Origin: Vicinamibacteria bacterium | Lineage (GTDB): Bacteria > Acidobacteriota > Vicinamibacteria > Marinacidobacterales > Marinacidobacteraceae | Direction: 5' to 3' | DNA: 64,000 nucleotides | NCBI GenBank assembly: GCA_963668695.2 | Contig: CAXXLQ010000004.1 | Coordinates: 1,472,001-1,536,000, forward strand | Part shown: piece by piece, positions 17,416-27,315 of the stretch | How the letters are laid out: every line of letters starts with the position of its first letter | Numbering within the stretch: position 1 is the first letter of the stretch | The notes under the pieces: generated by a model | Databases searched by the model: none | What the model saw: the letters and a program-made list of their open reading frames with translations, nothing else | What the model was told of the DNA's origin: nothing | Program-made: the position numbers and the translations under genes

Positions 17416-19314
17416 ATGCGGAAGAGAAACGTTCGGGTCGGCAACGCCGGCGGGTACTGGGGAGACGACCCGCGGGCGCTCCGGTCTCAGGTGCTCGGTC
17501 CGGAACCGCCCGAATTCGTGACCGCGGACTTTCTGGCCGAGATCACGATGAGCATTCTGCAAAAGCAGCGCTCCCGGGATCCCTCCGCCGGATACGCCCG
17601 GGATTTCGTGGACCAGATCGCCCCCCTGCTTCCGGCCATCCGGGAACGCGGGATCACGGTGATCACGAACGCGGGAGGGGTGAACCCCACGGGCTGCGCG
17701 CAGGCGGTGCTCCGGGCGGCGGTTCGGGCAGGAGTCGGGTTGACGGTCGCGGTGGTCGAGGGCGATGACCTGCTGGATCGGCTCGACCCCTTGTTGGCCG
17801 AAGGGGTCCGCTTCGACAACCTGGAAACCGGGGCCGCGTTCGCACCGCGCCGCGCGGATGTCCTGTCGGCGAACGCCTATTTCGGGGCCGAGCCGATCGT
17901 CCGGGCCCTCGCCCACCGGCCGGACGTGGTGGTCACCGGACGCGTCACGGACACCGGAATCACGCTCGCGCCCATTCGGCACGCCTTCGGCTGGGATCCC
18001 GACGACTGGGACCGGGTCGCGGGCGGAATCGTGGCCGGGCACCTGATCGAGTGCGGCGTGCAGGCCACCGGGGGGAACTTCACCGACTGGGAGCGGGTCC
18101 CGGGACTGGGCAGGGAGGGTTTTCCGGTCGTCGAGGTGGAAGAGGACGGCCGTTTCGTGCTCACGAAGCAGTCGGGATCCGGAGGGCTGGTGTCTCCTGC
18201 GGTGGCTCGGGAGCAACTGCTCTATGAAATTGGAGATCCGGAGTGCTATCTCTGCCCGGACGCGACCGTGGACTTTTCGGGACTCGGCGTCGTCGCCGTC
18301 GGAGAGGACCGGGTGCTTGTCGAGGGGGCGCGCGGCGGGCCGCCTCCGCCCGACCTCAAGGTAAGCGCTTCGGTCCGGGGCGGCTTCAGCGTGCGGGGCA
18401 GCCTGGTGGTCGGTGGCCCGGATGTCCGAAAGAAGGCGGGGGCGCTCGAGACTGCGTTCCGGGAGCGGCTCGGGGTCGACTGCGAAGCGGCGGGCGTTCC
18501 TTTTCCGGTGGAACTGCGGGTAGACCTCGCGGGTGCCGACGCGGCGCAGCGCGGCCTTGCCGATGCATCGCGCCTCGATCCCTCGGAGGGACTCGTCCGG
18601 TTCGCCGCCTGGAGCCCGGCCCGGGAGCCGCTGCAGGTCTTCCGCAAGCTGCTCCCGAGCTTCATCCTGAGCGGGCCGGCGGGCCTCGCCGTCACAGGGG
18701 GCGCGCCCGCGATTTCCGAAGTGGTCGGCTATTGGCCGGCGCTCGTCCCGCGGGACCGGGTTGTGGCCACGGTTTCGGTGATCCGGATGGCCGCCGACGG
18801 AACGGAGGAACTGGTCGCCGAAGAGCGCGTGCCCTTCGAGGGCCCGACCTCCCCCGCGGCCGGCAACCGGCCGCCGCGCGCCGAACGGCGTCCGGCTCCC
18901 GACTCTCCCGGGTCCGGCCCCGTCGTCGAGGCGCCCCTCGGGGCGGTGGCGCACGCGCGGAGCGGGGACAAGGGAGACGCCGCCAACATCGGGATCATCG
19001 GGCGGAGCGCCGCCTGCTATGAGTGGCTCCGGGAGCACCTCTCGGGTCCGGTCGTCGCGCAGTGGGTTCGGGAGGTGACCGACGGGCCCGTTACGCGCTA
19101 CGAGGTGCCGGGCCTCTGGGCGCTCAACTTCATTCTGGAGCGGGCGCTCGGGGGCGGCGGAACCCGCAGCCTGCTGCTCGATCCGCAGGGGAAGACACTC
19201 GCGCAGGGGCTGCTCCGCCAGCGGGTGCGGGTCCCGGCCGCCCTCCTTTCTACTATTCCTCCCGAGAATCGACCGCTCTCCGCAGCGTTCGCTTCCCCCT
19301 CGCCCGCACCATGA
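17416..19314 (+). CDS. atuA: Acyclic terpene utilization AtuA family protein
   Basis: GNAGGYWGD, FLAEITMSIL, NAGGVNP, TGRVTD, AGHLIECG, EQLLYEI, C-terminal ARSGDKGD...DPQGKT. Confidence 0.88.
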   Translation: MRKRNVRVGNAGGYWGDDPRALRSQVLGPEPPEFVTADFLAEITMSILQKQRSRDPSAGYARDFVDQIAPLLPAIRERGITVITNAGGVNPTGCAQAVLRAAVRAGVGLTVAVVEGDDLLDRLDPLLAEGVRFDNLETGAAFAPRRADVLSANAYFGAEPIVRALAHRPDVVVTGRVTDTGITLAPIRHAFGWDPDDWDRVAGGIVAGHLIECGVQATGGNFTDWERVPGLGREGFPVVEVEEDGRFVLTKQSGSGGLVSPAVAREQLLYEIGDPECYLCPDATVDFSGLGVVAVGEDRVLVEGARGGPPPPDLKVSASVRGGFSVRGSLVVGGPDVRKKAGALETAFRERLGVDCEAAGVPFPVELRVDLAGADAAQRGLADASRLDPSEGLVRFAAWSPAREPLQVFRKLLPSFILSGPAGLAVTGGAPAISEVVGYWPALVPRDRVVATVSVIRMAADGTEELVAEERVPFEGPTSPAAGNRPPRAERRPAPDSPGSGPVVEAPLGAVAHARSGDKGDAANIGIIGRSAACYEWLREHLSGPVVAQWVREVTDGPVTRYEVPGLWALNFILERALGGGGTRSLLLDPQGKTLAQGLLRQRVRVPAALLSTIPPENRPLSAAFASPSPAP

Positions 19315-20132
19315 GTTCCCCGCATCTCCAGCTCGATTTCGAGGCGCACGGCGTGGTCCGTCTCACGCTCCGGCGACCCGAGGCGCGAAATGCCCTGACC
19401 CCGGAGATGGTCGCGGGAATTCCGGCGCTGCTGGCGGAGCTATCCGCTTCGCCGGCGGAGGAGTGCCGGGTGGTGGTGTTGCAGGGGGAGGGGAGGGTTT
19501 TCTGCGCGGGGGCCGATCTGAAAGCGATGCGGGAGTCGGGACAGGCGAGCGAGGAAGAAAACCGCCACGACGCGCGGCGCTTTGCGACTCTTTTCCGATC
19601 GGTTGCCGCGTTCCCGGCGCCGGTCATTGCGGCGGTGCAGGGAGCGGCGCTCGGAGGCGGCTTCGGACTCGCGGTGTGTGCCGATCACGTCCTCGCCGAG
19701 GAAGCCGCCCGCTTCGGAACCCCCGAGGCGCGCCTCGGGCTCGTTCCGGCGGTCATCTCCCCCTACGTGGTGCGGCGCCTCGGCCCCGGCCGCGCCGGTC
19801 CCTTCCTGCTCGGGGGGGCGGTGGCAAGGGGGCAGGCTGCCCTTGCCGCCGGCATCGTGCACGAGCTGACTCCGGTCGGCGGCCTCTCCGATGTGCTCGG
19901 GGTGACGCTCGCGCGTTTCCTCGAGAGCGCTCCGCGGGCGGTGCGCCAGGCGAAGGCGCTCATGCTGCGGGAGGCTCCACTGCCCCCGCCGGACATCGAG
20001 GAGCTGACCATTCGTACGATCGCTGCCGCCCGGGCCTCCGACGAAGGGCAGGCGGGCACGGCCGCCTTCTTCACCAAATCGCCGCCGCCGTGGGCCCCCG
20101 GGTCAAAGTCCTCGGGTGGCGCGACCCGCTAA
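19311..20132 (+). CDS. Enoyl-CoA hydratase (methylglutaconyl/isohexenylglutaconyl-CoA hydratase-like)
   Basis: RPEARNAL, FCAGADL, GAALGGGFGL, EARLGLVPAVISPYV. Confidence 0.92.
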   Translation: MSSPHLQLDFEAHGVVRLTLRRPEARNALTPEMVAGIPALLAELSASPAEECRVVVLQGEGRVFCAGADLKAMRESGQASEEENRHDARRFATLFRSVAAFPAPVIAAVQGAALGGGFGLAVCADHVLAEEAARFGTPEARLGLVPAVISPYVVRRLGPGRAGPFLLGGAVARGQAALAAGIVHELTPVGGLSDVLGVTLARFLESAPRAVRQAKALMLREAPLPPPDIEELTIRTIAAARASDEGQAGTAAFFTKSPPPWAPGSKSSGGATR

Positions 20133-20141
20133 CGGTCCTTC

Positions 20142-22127
20142 GTGTCCTCTGCGCCGCCGCGGCTGCTGATCGCCAACCGGGGCGAGATCGCGCGGCGGAT
20201 CCTCCGCTCGGCGCGTGGGCGCGGCTCCCCGGTTGCGGTGGTTTCGACTTCCGCCGACCGCGGGGCGCCGGTTCGGGCGGAGGCTGACCAGGTCTTCGAA
20301 GTTCCGGACTTTCTGGATGGGCCGGCCGTGATCGCGGCGGCGGAGCGCTTTCGGGCGGATCTGCTGCACCCGGGATACGGCTTTTTGTCGGAGAGTCCCT
20401 CGTTTGCCGCTGCGGTAGAAGCTGCCGGTATCGGTTTCGTGGGACCGACCGCCGAGGCGATGCGCCGACTCGGTGACAAGGAATCCGCGCGGCAAACCGC
20501 GATCGCGGCGGGCGTTGAGGTGCTCCCCTCGCTGTCTTCGGAGGGGCTCGCCGCCACCGGGGACGGCGTGCGGGAGGCGAAGCGGGCAGGGCTCGACTTC
20601 CCCTGTGCGGTCAAGGCGGCGGCGGGCGGTGGGGGCATCGGGATCCGCGTCGTCCGCCGCCCGGAGGATCTGGCCGGCGCCCTGGCGTCGGCGTCCGCCG
20701 AAGCCCAAGCGGCCTTCGGCGATGGCCGGGTGTTTCTCGAACGCTGGCTCGACCGGCCGCGGCACGTCGAGATTCAGGTCTTCGGCGACGGACGGGGCGG
20801 CGGGGTCCACCTCGGCGAGCGGGAGTGTTCGGTCCAGCGTCGCCGGCAGAAGCTCGTGGAGTGGTCTCCCGGATTCGGAATCTCGGAGGATCTCCGCGCG
20901 CGGATGGGGCAGGCGGCGCTGCGGCTGGTGATCGAAAGCCGCTACCGGGGTGCGGGGACGGTGGAGTTCCTCCTGGACCCGGATGGGGGTTTCTTCTTTC
21001 TTGAAGTGAACACCCGGCTGCAGGTCGAGCACCCGGTGACGGAGGAGGTGTACGGGGTGGACCTGGTGGATGCGCAGTTGTCGCTCGCCGCCGGCGTTTG
21101 GCCCGATTCCCTGCCGCCGCCCGTATCCCGGCCCGGGACGTTTCGGCCGCTCACGCCCCGGGGAGCGGCGATGGAGGCGCGGGTCCTCGCCGAATCGCCC
21201 CGGAACGCGTTCGCCCCGAGCCCCGGGCGGCTCCGCCGCTACCGCGAGCCGCAGGGAGAAGACATCCGGGTGGACTCCGGAGTGGTCGAGGGCGCTGCCG
21301 TTCCTCCGGGTTTCGATTCCCTGCTCGCCAAGGTCATCGCCCGGGCCGAGACTCCGGCGGCGGCGGCCGCCCGGCTCGTCGCGGCGCTCGAGGACACGGT
21401 CATTCACGGAGTGGAGACCAACGTGTCCCTATTGATCTCGATTCTCCAGCATCCGGAGTTCCTCGCGGGGAACCCCCACACCGGCTGGGTCGAGGAGCGG
21501 GTCGAAGAACTGGTGGTGTCGCGACTGCCGGGCCCACTCGAGACGCTCCTCCGCCGCGAGCGGGTTGCCGAAGCGCTCTCGGCGGCGGCGCTGCGGCCGC
21601 GGCGAGCGGCGACCGCCGACATATTCCGATCGCTCGGGAGCGAGGCGGACTTTCCCCGACTGGATCCAGGGAGCCGGCCGGGGGAAGTTCTACTCTCCGG
21701 CGACGCCGTCAGAGACGCGGGAGTCCCGGAGCCGCTGCGGGCGACGGCGACTCCCCTCCCGGGCGGTCGCGAGGTGGCCGTCACCGTAGCCGGGGAAACT
21801 CTCGTCCTCGGGCTTTCCGGAGGCGGAGAGAAAGCCGGAGTCGCGAGCCGGGAGGGCGAGGTCCAGGCGCCCCTCGCCGGTGTGGTGGTGAGCGTGGTGG
21901 ACTCCGGCAGCAGCGTGGCGGAGGGCGAGGTCGTCGCGGTGATCGAGTCCATGAAGATGCACTGGGAAATCCGCGCTCCGGTGGGCGGATCTGTCGCAGA
22001 CGTCGCCGCGGGAGTCGGAGACGCCGTCGCCGCCGGGGCCCTCCTGTTCCGGATTGTCGCTCCGACCGCCGGGGATCCCGGACCTTCTCTGCGAGCGGGT
22101 TCTAACAGTGCTAGTGTGTGCTCATAG
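20142..22127 (+). CDS. Acyl-CoA carboxylase alpha subunit (biotin carboxylase + biotinyl domain)
   Basis: LLIANRGEIA, HPGYGFLSE, RECSVQRRRQK, EVNTRLQVEHPVTE, ESMKM biotinylation motif. Confidence 0.95.
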   Translation: MSSAPPRLLIANRGEIARRILRSARGRGSPVAVVSTSADRGAPVRAEADQVFEVPDFLDGPAVIAAAERFRADLLHPGYGFLSESPSFAAAVEAAGIGFVGPTAEAMRRLGDKESARQTAIAAGVEVLPSLSSEGLAATGDGVREAKRAGLDFPCAVKAAAGGGGIGIRVVRRPEDLAGALASASAEAQAAFGDGRVFLERWLDRPRHVEIQVFGDGRGGGVHLGERECSVQRRRQKLVEWSPGFGISEDLRARMGQAALRLVIESRYRGAGTVEFLLDPDGGFFFLEVNTRLQVEHPVTEEVYGVDLVDAQLSLAAGVWPDSLPPPVSRPGTFRPLTPRGAAMEARVLAESPRNAFAPSPGRLRRYREPQGEDIRVDSGVVEGAAVPPGFDSLLAKVIARAETPAAAAARLVAALEDTVIHGVETNVSLLISILQHPEFLAGNPHTGWVEERVEELVVSRLPGPLETLLRRERVAEALSAAALRPRRAATADIFRSLGSEADFPRLDPGSRPGEVLLSGDAVRDAGVPEPLRATATPLPGGREVAVTVAGETLVLGLSGGGEKAGVASREGEVQAPLAGVVVSVVDSGSSVAEGEVVAVIESMKMHWEIRAPVGGSVADVAAGVGDAVAAGALLFRIVAPTAGDPGPSLRAGSNSASVCS

Positions 22128-22130
22128 GGG

Positions 22131-22721
22131 ATGCTGCCCATGACACCCGTCGAGCACTACCTGACCTCCCGAGGTCTCCGGGAATCCGACCCGGAGGTCT
22201 TGAACCGCGCCCTGGTCGCGGTGCTGGATCGGATGGAGCCCCTGGCGTACGGCGATGCCGCGGACGGCCTGCCGGCAGCCGAGCAGGCCGTGCTGCGCAC
22301 CGGTGGCCTCGATCTGGAGCCGCATCCCGGCCCCGACCCTCTCGCGATGACCGCCGTCAAGTACGCCGCCATCGTGCACCGGAGCCTCACTTCAAGGGAG
22401 GTGAGCGAGCGGCTGGGACTCGCCGGCAGCCGGGTCCGCCAATTGGTCGCCGAGCGGTCGCTCTACAGCTTCCTGCTGGACGGCAAGCGCCGGATCCCGG
22501 GATTTCAGTTTCTGCCCGACGGCGGGTTGGTCCCGAACCTTTCGTGCGTGAACCGGGCGCTGAGCCCCGCGCTGCATCCCGTCGAGGTCTCCAACTGGCT
22601 GCACGGTCGAAATCCCGATCTGCTCGTGGACGAGGACATAGGTACCACGGTGTCCCCGCTTGACTGGCTCAAGGCCGGACACGATGCGGCGCCGGTAGCC
22701 CTGCTGGCGAATCGCTTATAG
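22131..22721 (+). CDS. Putative HTH antitoxin partner of the RES toxin
   Basis: HTH-like LTSREVSERLGLAGSRVRQL, then P-x-FQF and SPLDWL; directly upstream of a RES gene. Confidence 0.75.
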   Translation: MLPMTPVEHYLTSRGLRESDPEVLNRALVAVLDRMEPLAYGDAADGLPAAEQAVLRTGGLDLEPHPGPDPLAMTAVKYAAIVHRSLTSREVSERLGLAGSRVRQLVAERSLYSFLLDGKRRIPGFQFLPDGGLVPNLSCVNRALSPALHPVEVSNWLHGRNPDLLVDEDIGTTVSPLDWLKAGHDAAPVALLANRL

Positions 22722-22727
22722 GGCTCG

Positions 22728-23381
22728 GTGCCGAAACTCCCGAACACCCCCGATCTCGATCGCCTGCGGGCGCGGGAGCCTGTCCTCATTTCGATTCCTC
22801 GCGGCTCGGTCGTCCACCGCGTGTACCGGCGGGGTGGGGCTTACCCCACGCTTTGGAACGCGTTTCGTTTCTTCGGCCCCACCTCGGCGAGGTTCGATCA
22901 CCAGCTTCCGGACGAAGGCGGAGGTCCGTCAGCGCAGCAGCGCGGCGTGCTGTATGCGGCGACCGACATCGTCACCGCCCTTGCCGAGGCCTTTCAACAA
23001 GGACGGACCGTCAACCGACTCGCGAATCGGCCGTGGCTCGTGTCGTTCGCCTTGGCCAGTGAACTCACGCTGCTCGATCTGACCGGTACCTTCCCTATCA
23101 GCGTCGGAGCCTCCATGAAGCTGGCCAGTGGCCCCACCCTCTATTCGCAGAACTGGTCTCGCGGCTTCTACGAGTGTTCCCCCGGGGTCCACGGGCTCTA
23201 CTACTTTGGTTCGCTGACGAATCGCCCGGTAATGGCGCTCTACGAACGGGCGCTCGACGAACGGGCGCTCGACGCGGGTGTGTTTCCGGCGACTCCAAGT
23301 GTGCACCGGTCGCTGGACGACCCCCTGCTGATCGAACCGCTCCGCAATGCCTGTCGGACGGTCGGCTACGACTTCCTCTGA
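22728..23381 (+). CDS. RES domain toxin (NAD+ phosphorylase family)
   Basis: HRVY, ARFDH, VLYAA..TALAEAF, GLYYFGS (R-E-S pattern). Confidence 0.85.
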   Translation: MPKLPNTPDLDRLRAREPVLISIPRGSVVHRVYRRGGAYPTLWNAFRFFGPTSARFDHQLPDEGGGPSAQQRGVLYAATDIVTALAEAFQQGRTVNRLANRPWLVSFALASELTLLDLTGTFPISVGASMKLASGPTLYSQNWSRGFYECSPGVHGLYYFGSLTNRPVMALYERALDERALDAGVFPATPSVHRSLDDPLLIEPLRNACRTVGYDFL

Positions 23382-23431
23382 CGGTTTCCGGCGCGGCAGC
23401 CCTCCGCAGTCGGCCGCCCGGACTGCCACCA

Positions 23432-23560
23432 GTCTCCGCGTCCGCCGGCATCTTCGGGCTCATGGCATTCGTTACCGGTGCTCGCCGCGGCGGCGATCCT
23501 GGTTCCCGCGCTCCGGGGGGCGCGGGTCAGCCCGACCGAGGTACTGCGCATCCAGCAGGG
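23432..23560 (+). pseudogene. Internally deleted 3' remnant of an ADOP/FtsX-type ABC permease
   Basis: One frame reads SAGIFGLMAFVTGARR (cf. AVGIYGVMAYSVxQR); an overlapping frame reads LAAAAILVPALRGARVSPTEVLR (cf. LPARRAARVDPxxALR). Confidence 0.6.
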
Positions 23561-23634
23561 CGCGGGATCGCTCGGCAGCAGGCCGGGGCGCACCTGGCGA
23601 TCTGGACGCCCGCATTGCCGGGTTCCGTGAATTA

Positions 23635-23655
23635 GACTAGTCGAACCAGCTAGTC
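23635..23655. promoter_or_regulatory. Putative TA autoregulatory operator
   Basis: GACTAG-N9-CTAGTC inverted repeat just upstream of the Phd-family antitoxin RBS. Confidence 0.45.
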
Positions 23656-23669
23656 GGAGAGCTGCCCAC

Positions 23670-23927
23670 ATGAAGACCATTGGCGCCTACGAGGCGAAGA
23701 CCTTCCTGCCTCGGCTTCTCGACCGCGTGCAGCGCGGCGAGAGCCTCACGATCACCCGGCACGGCCGGCCCGTGGCTCGACTTGTCCCGGTGGACGTGGA
23801 CGACCGGGAGCGCGCCGCGGAGGCCGCTCGACGTATCGTGGAGCGTCGCGCTCGTCTGAAGAGAGCTGGCAAGACTGCTTCCATTGATGACCTGATCGCC
23901 ACGATCCATGAAGGGCACCGCTATTGA
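23670..23927 (+). CDS. Phd/YefM family antitoxin
   Basis: MKTIGAYEAKTFLPRLLDRVQRGESLTITRHGRPVARLVP. Confidence 0.93.
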   Translation: MKTIGAYEAKTFLPRLLDRVQRGESLTITRHGRPVARLVPVDVDDRERAAEAARRIVERRARLKRAGKTASIDDLIATIHEGHRY

Positions 23928-24340
23928 CCTCGTTCGTCCTCGACAATTCGGTTGTCCTCGCCTGGTGCCTCGAGGACGAGGCCCAGCCGCTGGCCGACCG
24001 CGCGATGCGCCGCGTGACTGAGGAAGGGGCCGTTGCGCCCGGAATTTGGTGGTACGAGCTGCGCAATGCGCTGATCAGCAACGAACGCCGAGGCCGTCTT
24101 TCGGCGGCAGACACTCGGGATAATCTCGTTGATCTCGCGAAAATGCACATCCTGTTAGATTCGAACCACGACGAGGCGACGATTCTTGATCTCGCCCGCC
24201 GGCACCGGTTGAGCGCGTACGACGCTGCCTATCTCGAAGTGGCCATGCGCCGGGGGCTTCCCCTGGCGTCGCTCGACCGGCGCCTCCGCGAGGCGGCAGC
24301 CGCGAATGGAATCGAAGTGCTGAACGAGAACGACTCCTGA
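23924..24340 (+). CDS. vapC: VapC (PIN domain) toxin
   Basis: FVLDNSV, WWYELRNAL, LSAYDAAYLE, LASLD; TTGA overlap with the antitoxin. Confidence 0.93.
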   Translation: MTSFVLDNSVVLAWCLEDEAQPLADRAMRRVTEEGAVAPGIWWYELRNALISNERRGRLSAADTRDNLVDLAKMHILLDSNHDEATILDLARRHRLSAYDAAYLEVAMRRGLPLASLDRRLREAAAANGIEVLNENDS

Positions 24341-24445
24341 GGCGCCGCCCCGGGGTGCGCTCCCGACACATGCTCCGCACCAAACTGTCGTAGGCGGGGC
24401 GTTTTCTCCGAAGCCAGAAGCGGGAGTTCGCCATACCCTTGCGAG

Positions 24446-25849
24446 ATGGCGCAGGCGACGGAACGTCCGGCGGACGGCCGCCGCGGCCTCGACATCTACA
24501 TCGTCCTCTCCGCTCTGATCGCGGTAGCGGCGCTCCTTACCTGGATCATCCCGGCCGGCCGCTACGAGCGGACGGTCCTTCCCGACGGGCGGGAGGCGGT
24601 GGTGCCGGGGTCCTACCAGGTGATCGAACGGTCGCCGGCGGGGCTCATGGACGTGATCACAGCCATCCCGGACGGGCTCGTCGACGCGGCGAGCGTGGTC
24701 TTCCTCGTGTTTCTCGTCGCGGGCTCGGTGGGGGTGATCCGCCGCGCCGGAGTCCTGGATCTCGGGGTGAAGCGGCTGACCGCCGCTACCGGGCGGCGGG
24801 TCGAACTCCTGATCCCGGCGCTCATGTTCGCCTTCGCTTCGGTCTCGGCGGTGGTGGGGATGCCGGAGCTCTCCATCGCCTACCTCCCGATCGTGCTGCC
24901 CCTGCTGCAGCGCTTCGGCTGCGGGCGGGTCACCGGAACCGCGGTGGCGCTGCTGCCGACGACCCTCGGCGCGGCGTTCGGGGTGACGGTGCCGTCGACG
25001 GTGGGGATCGGGCACCTGCTGGCGGGCCTGCCGATGTATTCGGGGGCCTCCTACCGGTTCGTCTTCTTCCTCATCGTGCAGACTGTGGCGGCGGTCTTCG
25101 TGGTGCGGCGGGCGCGCCGCGAGATCCGCCGGCGAAACGGGATCGGGGAAGTTCGAGAGCCAGTTCCCGCGGTGTCTGACGGATCCGCCTCCGTTTCGTT
25201 CAGCAAGCGCCAGAAGGTGGCTGGAATCGTGGCGCTCGGCCTGTTTGCGGCGGTTGTCGTTTCGGTTCTCGTTCTGCGCCTCGGGTTCGAGGAGATTGGG
25301 GGCGCCTTCGTCGCCATGGCGGTGGTCGTCTCGTTGTTGGCGGGCCGTGGGCCGAACCAGATCTGTTCCGACTTCAACGATTCGTTCCGGGAGATTCTCG
25401 TCGGCGCTCTGGTCTGCGGCGTCGCCCGCGGCGTTTCCGTGGTGATGACCGAGGGCGCGGTGATGGACACCGTGGTCTATAGGGCCGCCCTGATGGTGTC
25501 GTCCCTGCCGCCCGCGCTCACGGCCGTCGGGGTCTTGTTCGGCCAGACCGTTTTCAACTTCCTCGTCCCTTCGGGAAGCGGACAGGCGCTCATCACCCTG
25601 CCGATCCTGGTGCCGGTCGCCGATCTCGCCGGGGTCACGCGGCAGGTCGTGGTGCTCGCCACCCAATGGGGGGACGGGATCACGAACGTCATTTTTCCCA
25701 CCTCCGGGTATTTCATGGCGACGCTCGTGATGGCGCGGGTCGGGCTGCTGCGATGGATCCGCTACTACCTGCCGCTCTTTGGGATCATTCTCCTGATCGC
25801 GACCGGCGGGCTGGTGATTGCCCAATACATCGAGCTCGGCCCGTTCTAG
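24446..25849 (+). CDS. YfcC family (DcuC/AbgT-like) membrane transporter
   Basis: LTWIIPAGRYER, many TM helices, NFLVPSGSGQA, QWGDGITNVIFPT. Confidence 0.9.
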   Translation: MAQATERPADGRRGLDIYIVLSALIAVAALLTWIIPAGRYERTVLPDGREAVVPGSYQVIERSPAGLMDVITAIPDGLVDAASVVFLVFLVAGSVGVIRRAGVLDLGVKRLTAATGRRVELLIPALMFAFASVSAVVGMPELSIAYLPIVLPLLQRFGCGRVTGTAVALLPTTLGAAFGVTVPSTVGIGHLLAGLPMYSGASYRFVFFLIVQTVAAVFVVRRARREIRRRNGIGEVREPVPAVSDGSASVSFSKRQKVAGIVALGLFAAVVVSVLVLRLGFEEIGGAFVAMAVVVSLLAGRGPNQICSDFNDSFREILVGALVCGVARGVSVVMTEGAVMDTVVYRAALMVSSLPPALTAVGVLFGQTVFNFLVPSGSGQALITLPILVPVADLAGVTRQVVVLATQWGDGITNVIFPTSGYFMATLVMARVGLLRWIRYYLPLFGIILLIATGGLVIAQYIELGPF

Positions 25850-25871
25850 GGAGGCGGTCTGGAGAACACTC

Positions 25872-26363
25872 ATGCAAATCGTCAAACTCCCCATCGCGCG
25901 GATGACCGCCGAGTCCTTCGCCCCCTACGGCGAGGTCATGGAAGCGCGGGAACGACCCGCGGACGAGCGGCGGTTCTTCCCGATCGACTTCCAGATCGAC
26001 GGTCGGACGACCGTGGATGTCATCTGGCAGCCGTTTGAGGGACGGCGCTTCCGGCTCCTCGAGCGCCACTTCGCGGTGACGCAGGCGTTCATCCCGCTCG
26101 AAGGTTCTCCCGCGGTCGTCGCAGTGGCGGCGCCGACCGATCTCGAGGATCCCGACGCGATTCCACGACCCGAGGTCGTGCGCGCCTTCCTGATCGATCC
26201 GGGCAAGGGCTTCGCCTACAAGACCGGGACGTGGCATTCGCTCGACCGCTACCTGCTGAGGCCGCCGGGCGCGAGCTTCGTGATCCTGAACGTGGACCCG
26301 AACCCGACCCAGTTCGTGGACTACGCGGAACGGTTCGGGGTGGAGTTCGAGGTGGGCGGGTAG
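25872..26363 (+). CDS. Ureidoglycolate lyase family (cupin)
   Basis: ESFAPYGEV, LLERH..TQAFIP, RAF, GTWH. Confidence 0.85.
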   Translation: MQIVKLPIARMTAESFAPYGEVMEARERPADERRFFPIDFQIDGRTTVDVIWQPFEGRRFRLLERHFAVTQAFIPLEGSPAVVAVAAPTDLEDPDAIPRPEVVRAFLIDPGKGFAYKTGTWHSLDRYLLRPPGASFVILNVDPNPTQFVDYAERFGVEFEVGG

Positions 26364-26652
26364 GAGGGGCCCGTGGCCATGCGCCCTTGAGGACGGTGGG
26401 CCATTCGCGGGTTTCGCGCCCTGCGGGGGAGCGATGCCGGTGTGAACGCCCCGATCAGGACACCTGGCCAGCGTTCTCGCTGCCGCGCGCTTCACGCGGG
26501 TCGGCCGTACGCAGTTCCGCCCGCCTACGGCGGGCTGTGCCGACCGGAGGTCTAGACCCTTCGGACTTCGTTTTCTGGGCCCTCCGGTGTGAGAGGCACC
26601 GAAGGGCCCGGCGTTCCCTGACCTGCGGCGCCATCCGGGTGAGGGGCGCTCC

Positions 26653-27315
26653 TCAACGCAGAATCCGGCGTTCGGCGGCGAGGGCTTCGAGCTCCTGATT
26701 GAGTTCTTCCTGTTCGGCGCGGAGCCGGGGCGTGTCGAGCGCGCTCTGGAAGCGAGTCGGGTTGCGAGGGGCGTAGGGGAGGCCGCTGGCTCCGACGGCG
26801 GCGAGGGACGCCTCGATATCCAACAGGCGTTCCCTGATTTCGTTTTCCCGCTCGGCGATTTCGCGCCGCCGGGCCTCCAGGTTGGCGCGAACCTCTTCGT
26901 CACCCGCGCTTGCGGTGTCCTCGCCGGGGTCCCGCAGCGGAAGGTCCTCGCCGGTGATCGGGGGGTCGCGGAGCGCCTCCGTCTCGAGGGGAGCGGTCGC
27001 GCGGTCCGGCCCCGCCAAGCGCACGCCGGCGAGGTCGGCGTCGGTAAAGCGGGGCGCGGCGCCGCGCTGCTCCCGGCTCGCCTCGATCCGGGCGCGGTGC
27101 CGCCGCGCGGCTTCCGCCAGTGACGGTGGATCCTCCTGCACCGGCGTTAGCGGAAATCCGGGGCTCGCGGTGAGCAGCCCGACAACGATCGCCGCTGCCG
27201 GAACGGCGGCTCGGTGTTCAGGCCTTGATCGGATTACCAAAGCGGTCGCGGAGGACGTACGCCGGCAGGCGGTACTCCTCGTGGAACATCTGGGTGCGGA
27301 CAGAACCCGTGACAT
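26653..27315 (-). CDS. Hypothetical secreted coiled-coil protein (true start probably near 27200-27240)
   Basis: Hydrophobic AAAIVVGLLTA, SLAEAARR...RFTDADL, two coiled-coil stretches; co-directional with two upstream genes. Confidence 0.6.
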   Translation of the reverse strand: MSRVLSAPRCSTRSTACRRTSSATALVIRSRPEHRAAVPAAAIVVGLLTASPGFPLTPVQEDPPSLAEAARRHRARIEASREQRGAAPRFTDADLAGVRLAGPDRATAPLETEALRDPPITGEDLPLRDPGEDTASAGDEEVRANLEARRREIAERENEIRERLLDIEASLAAVGASGLPYAPRNPTRFQSALDTPRLRAEQEELNQELEALAAERRILR

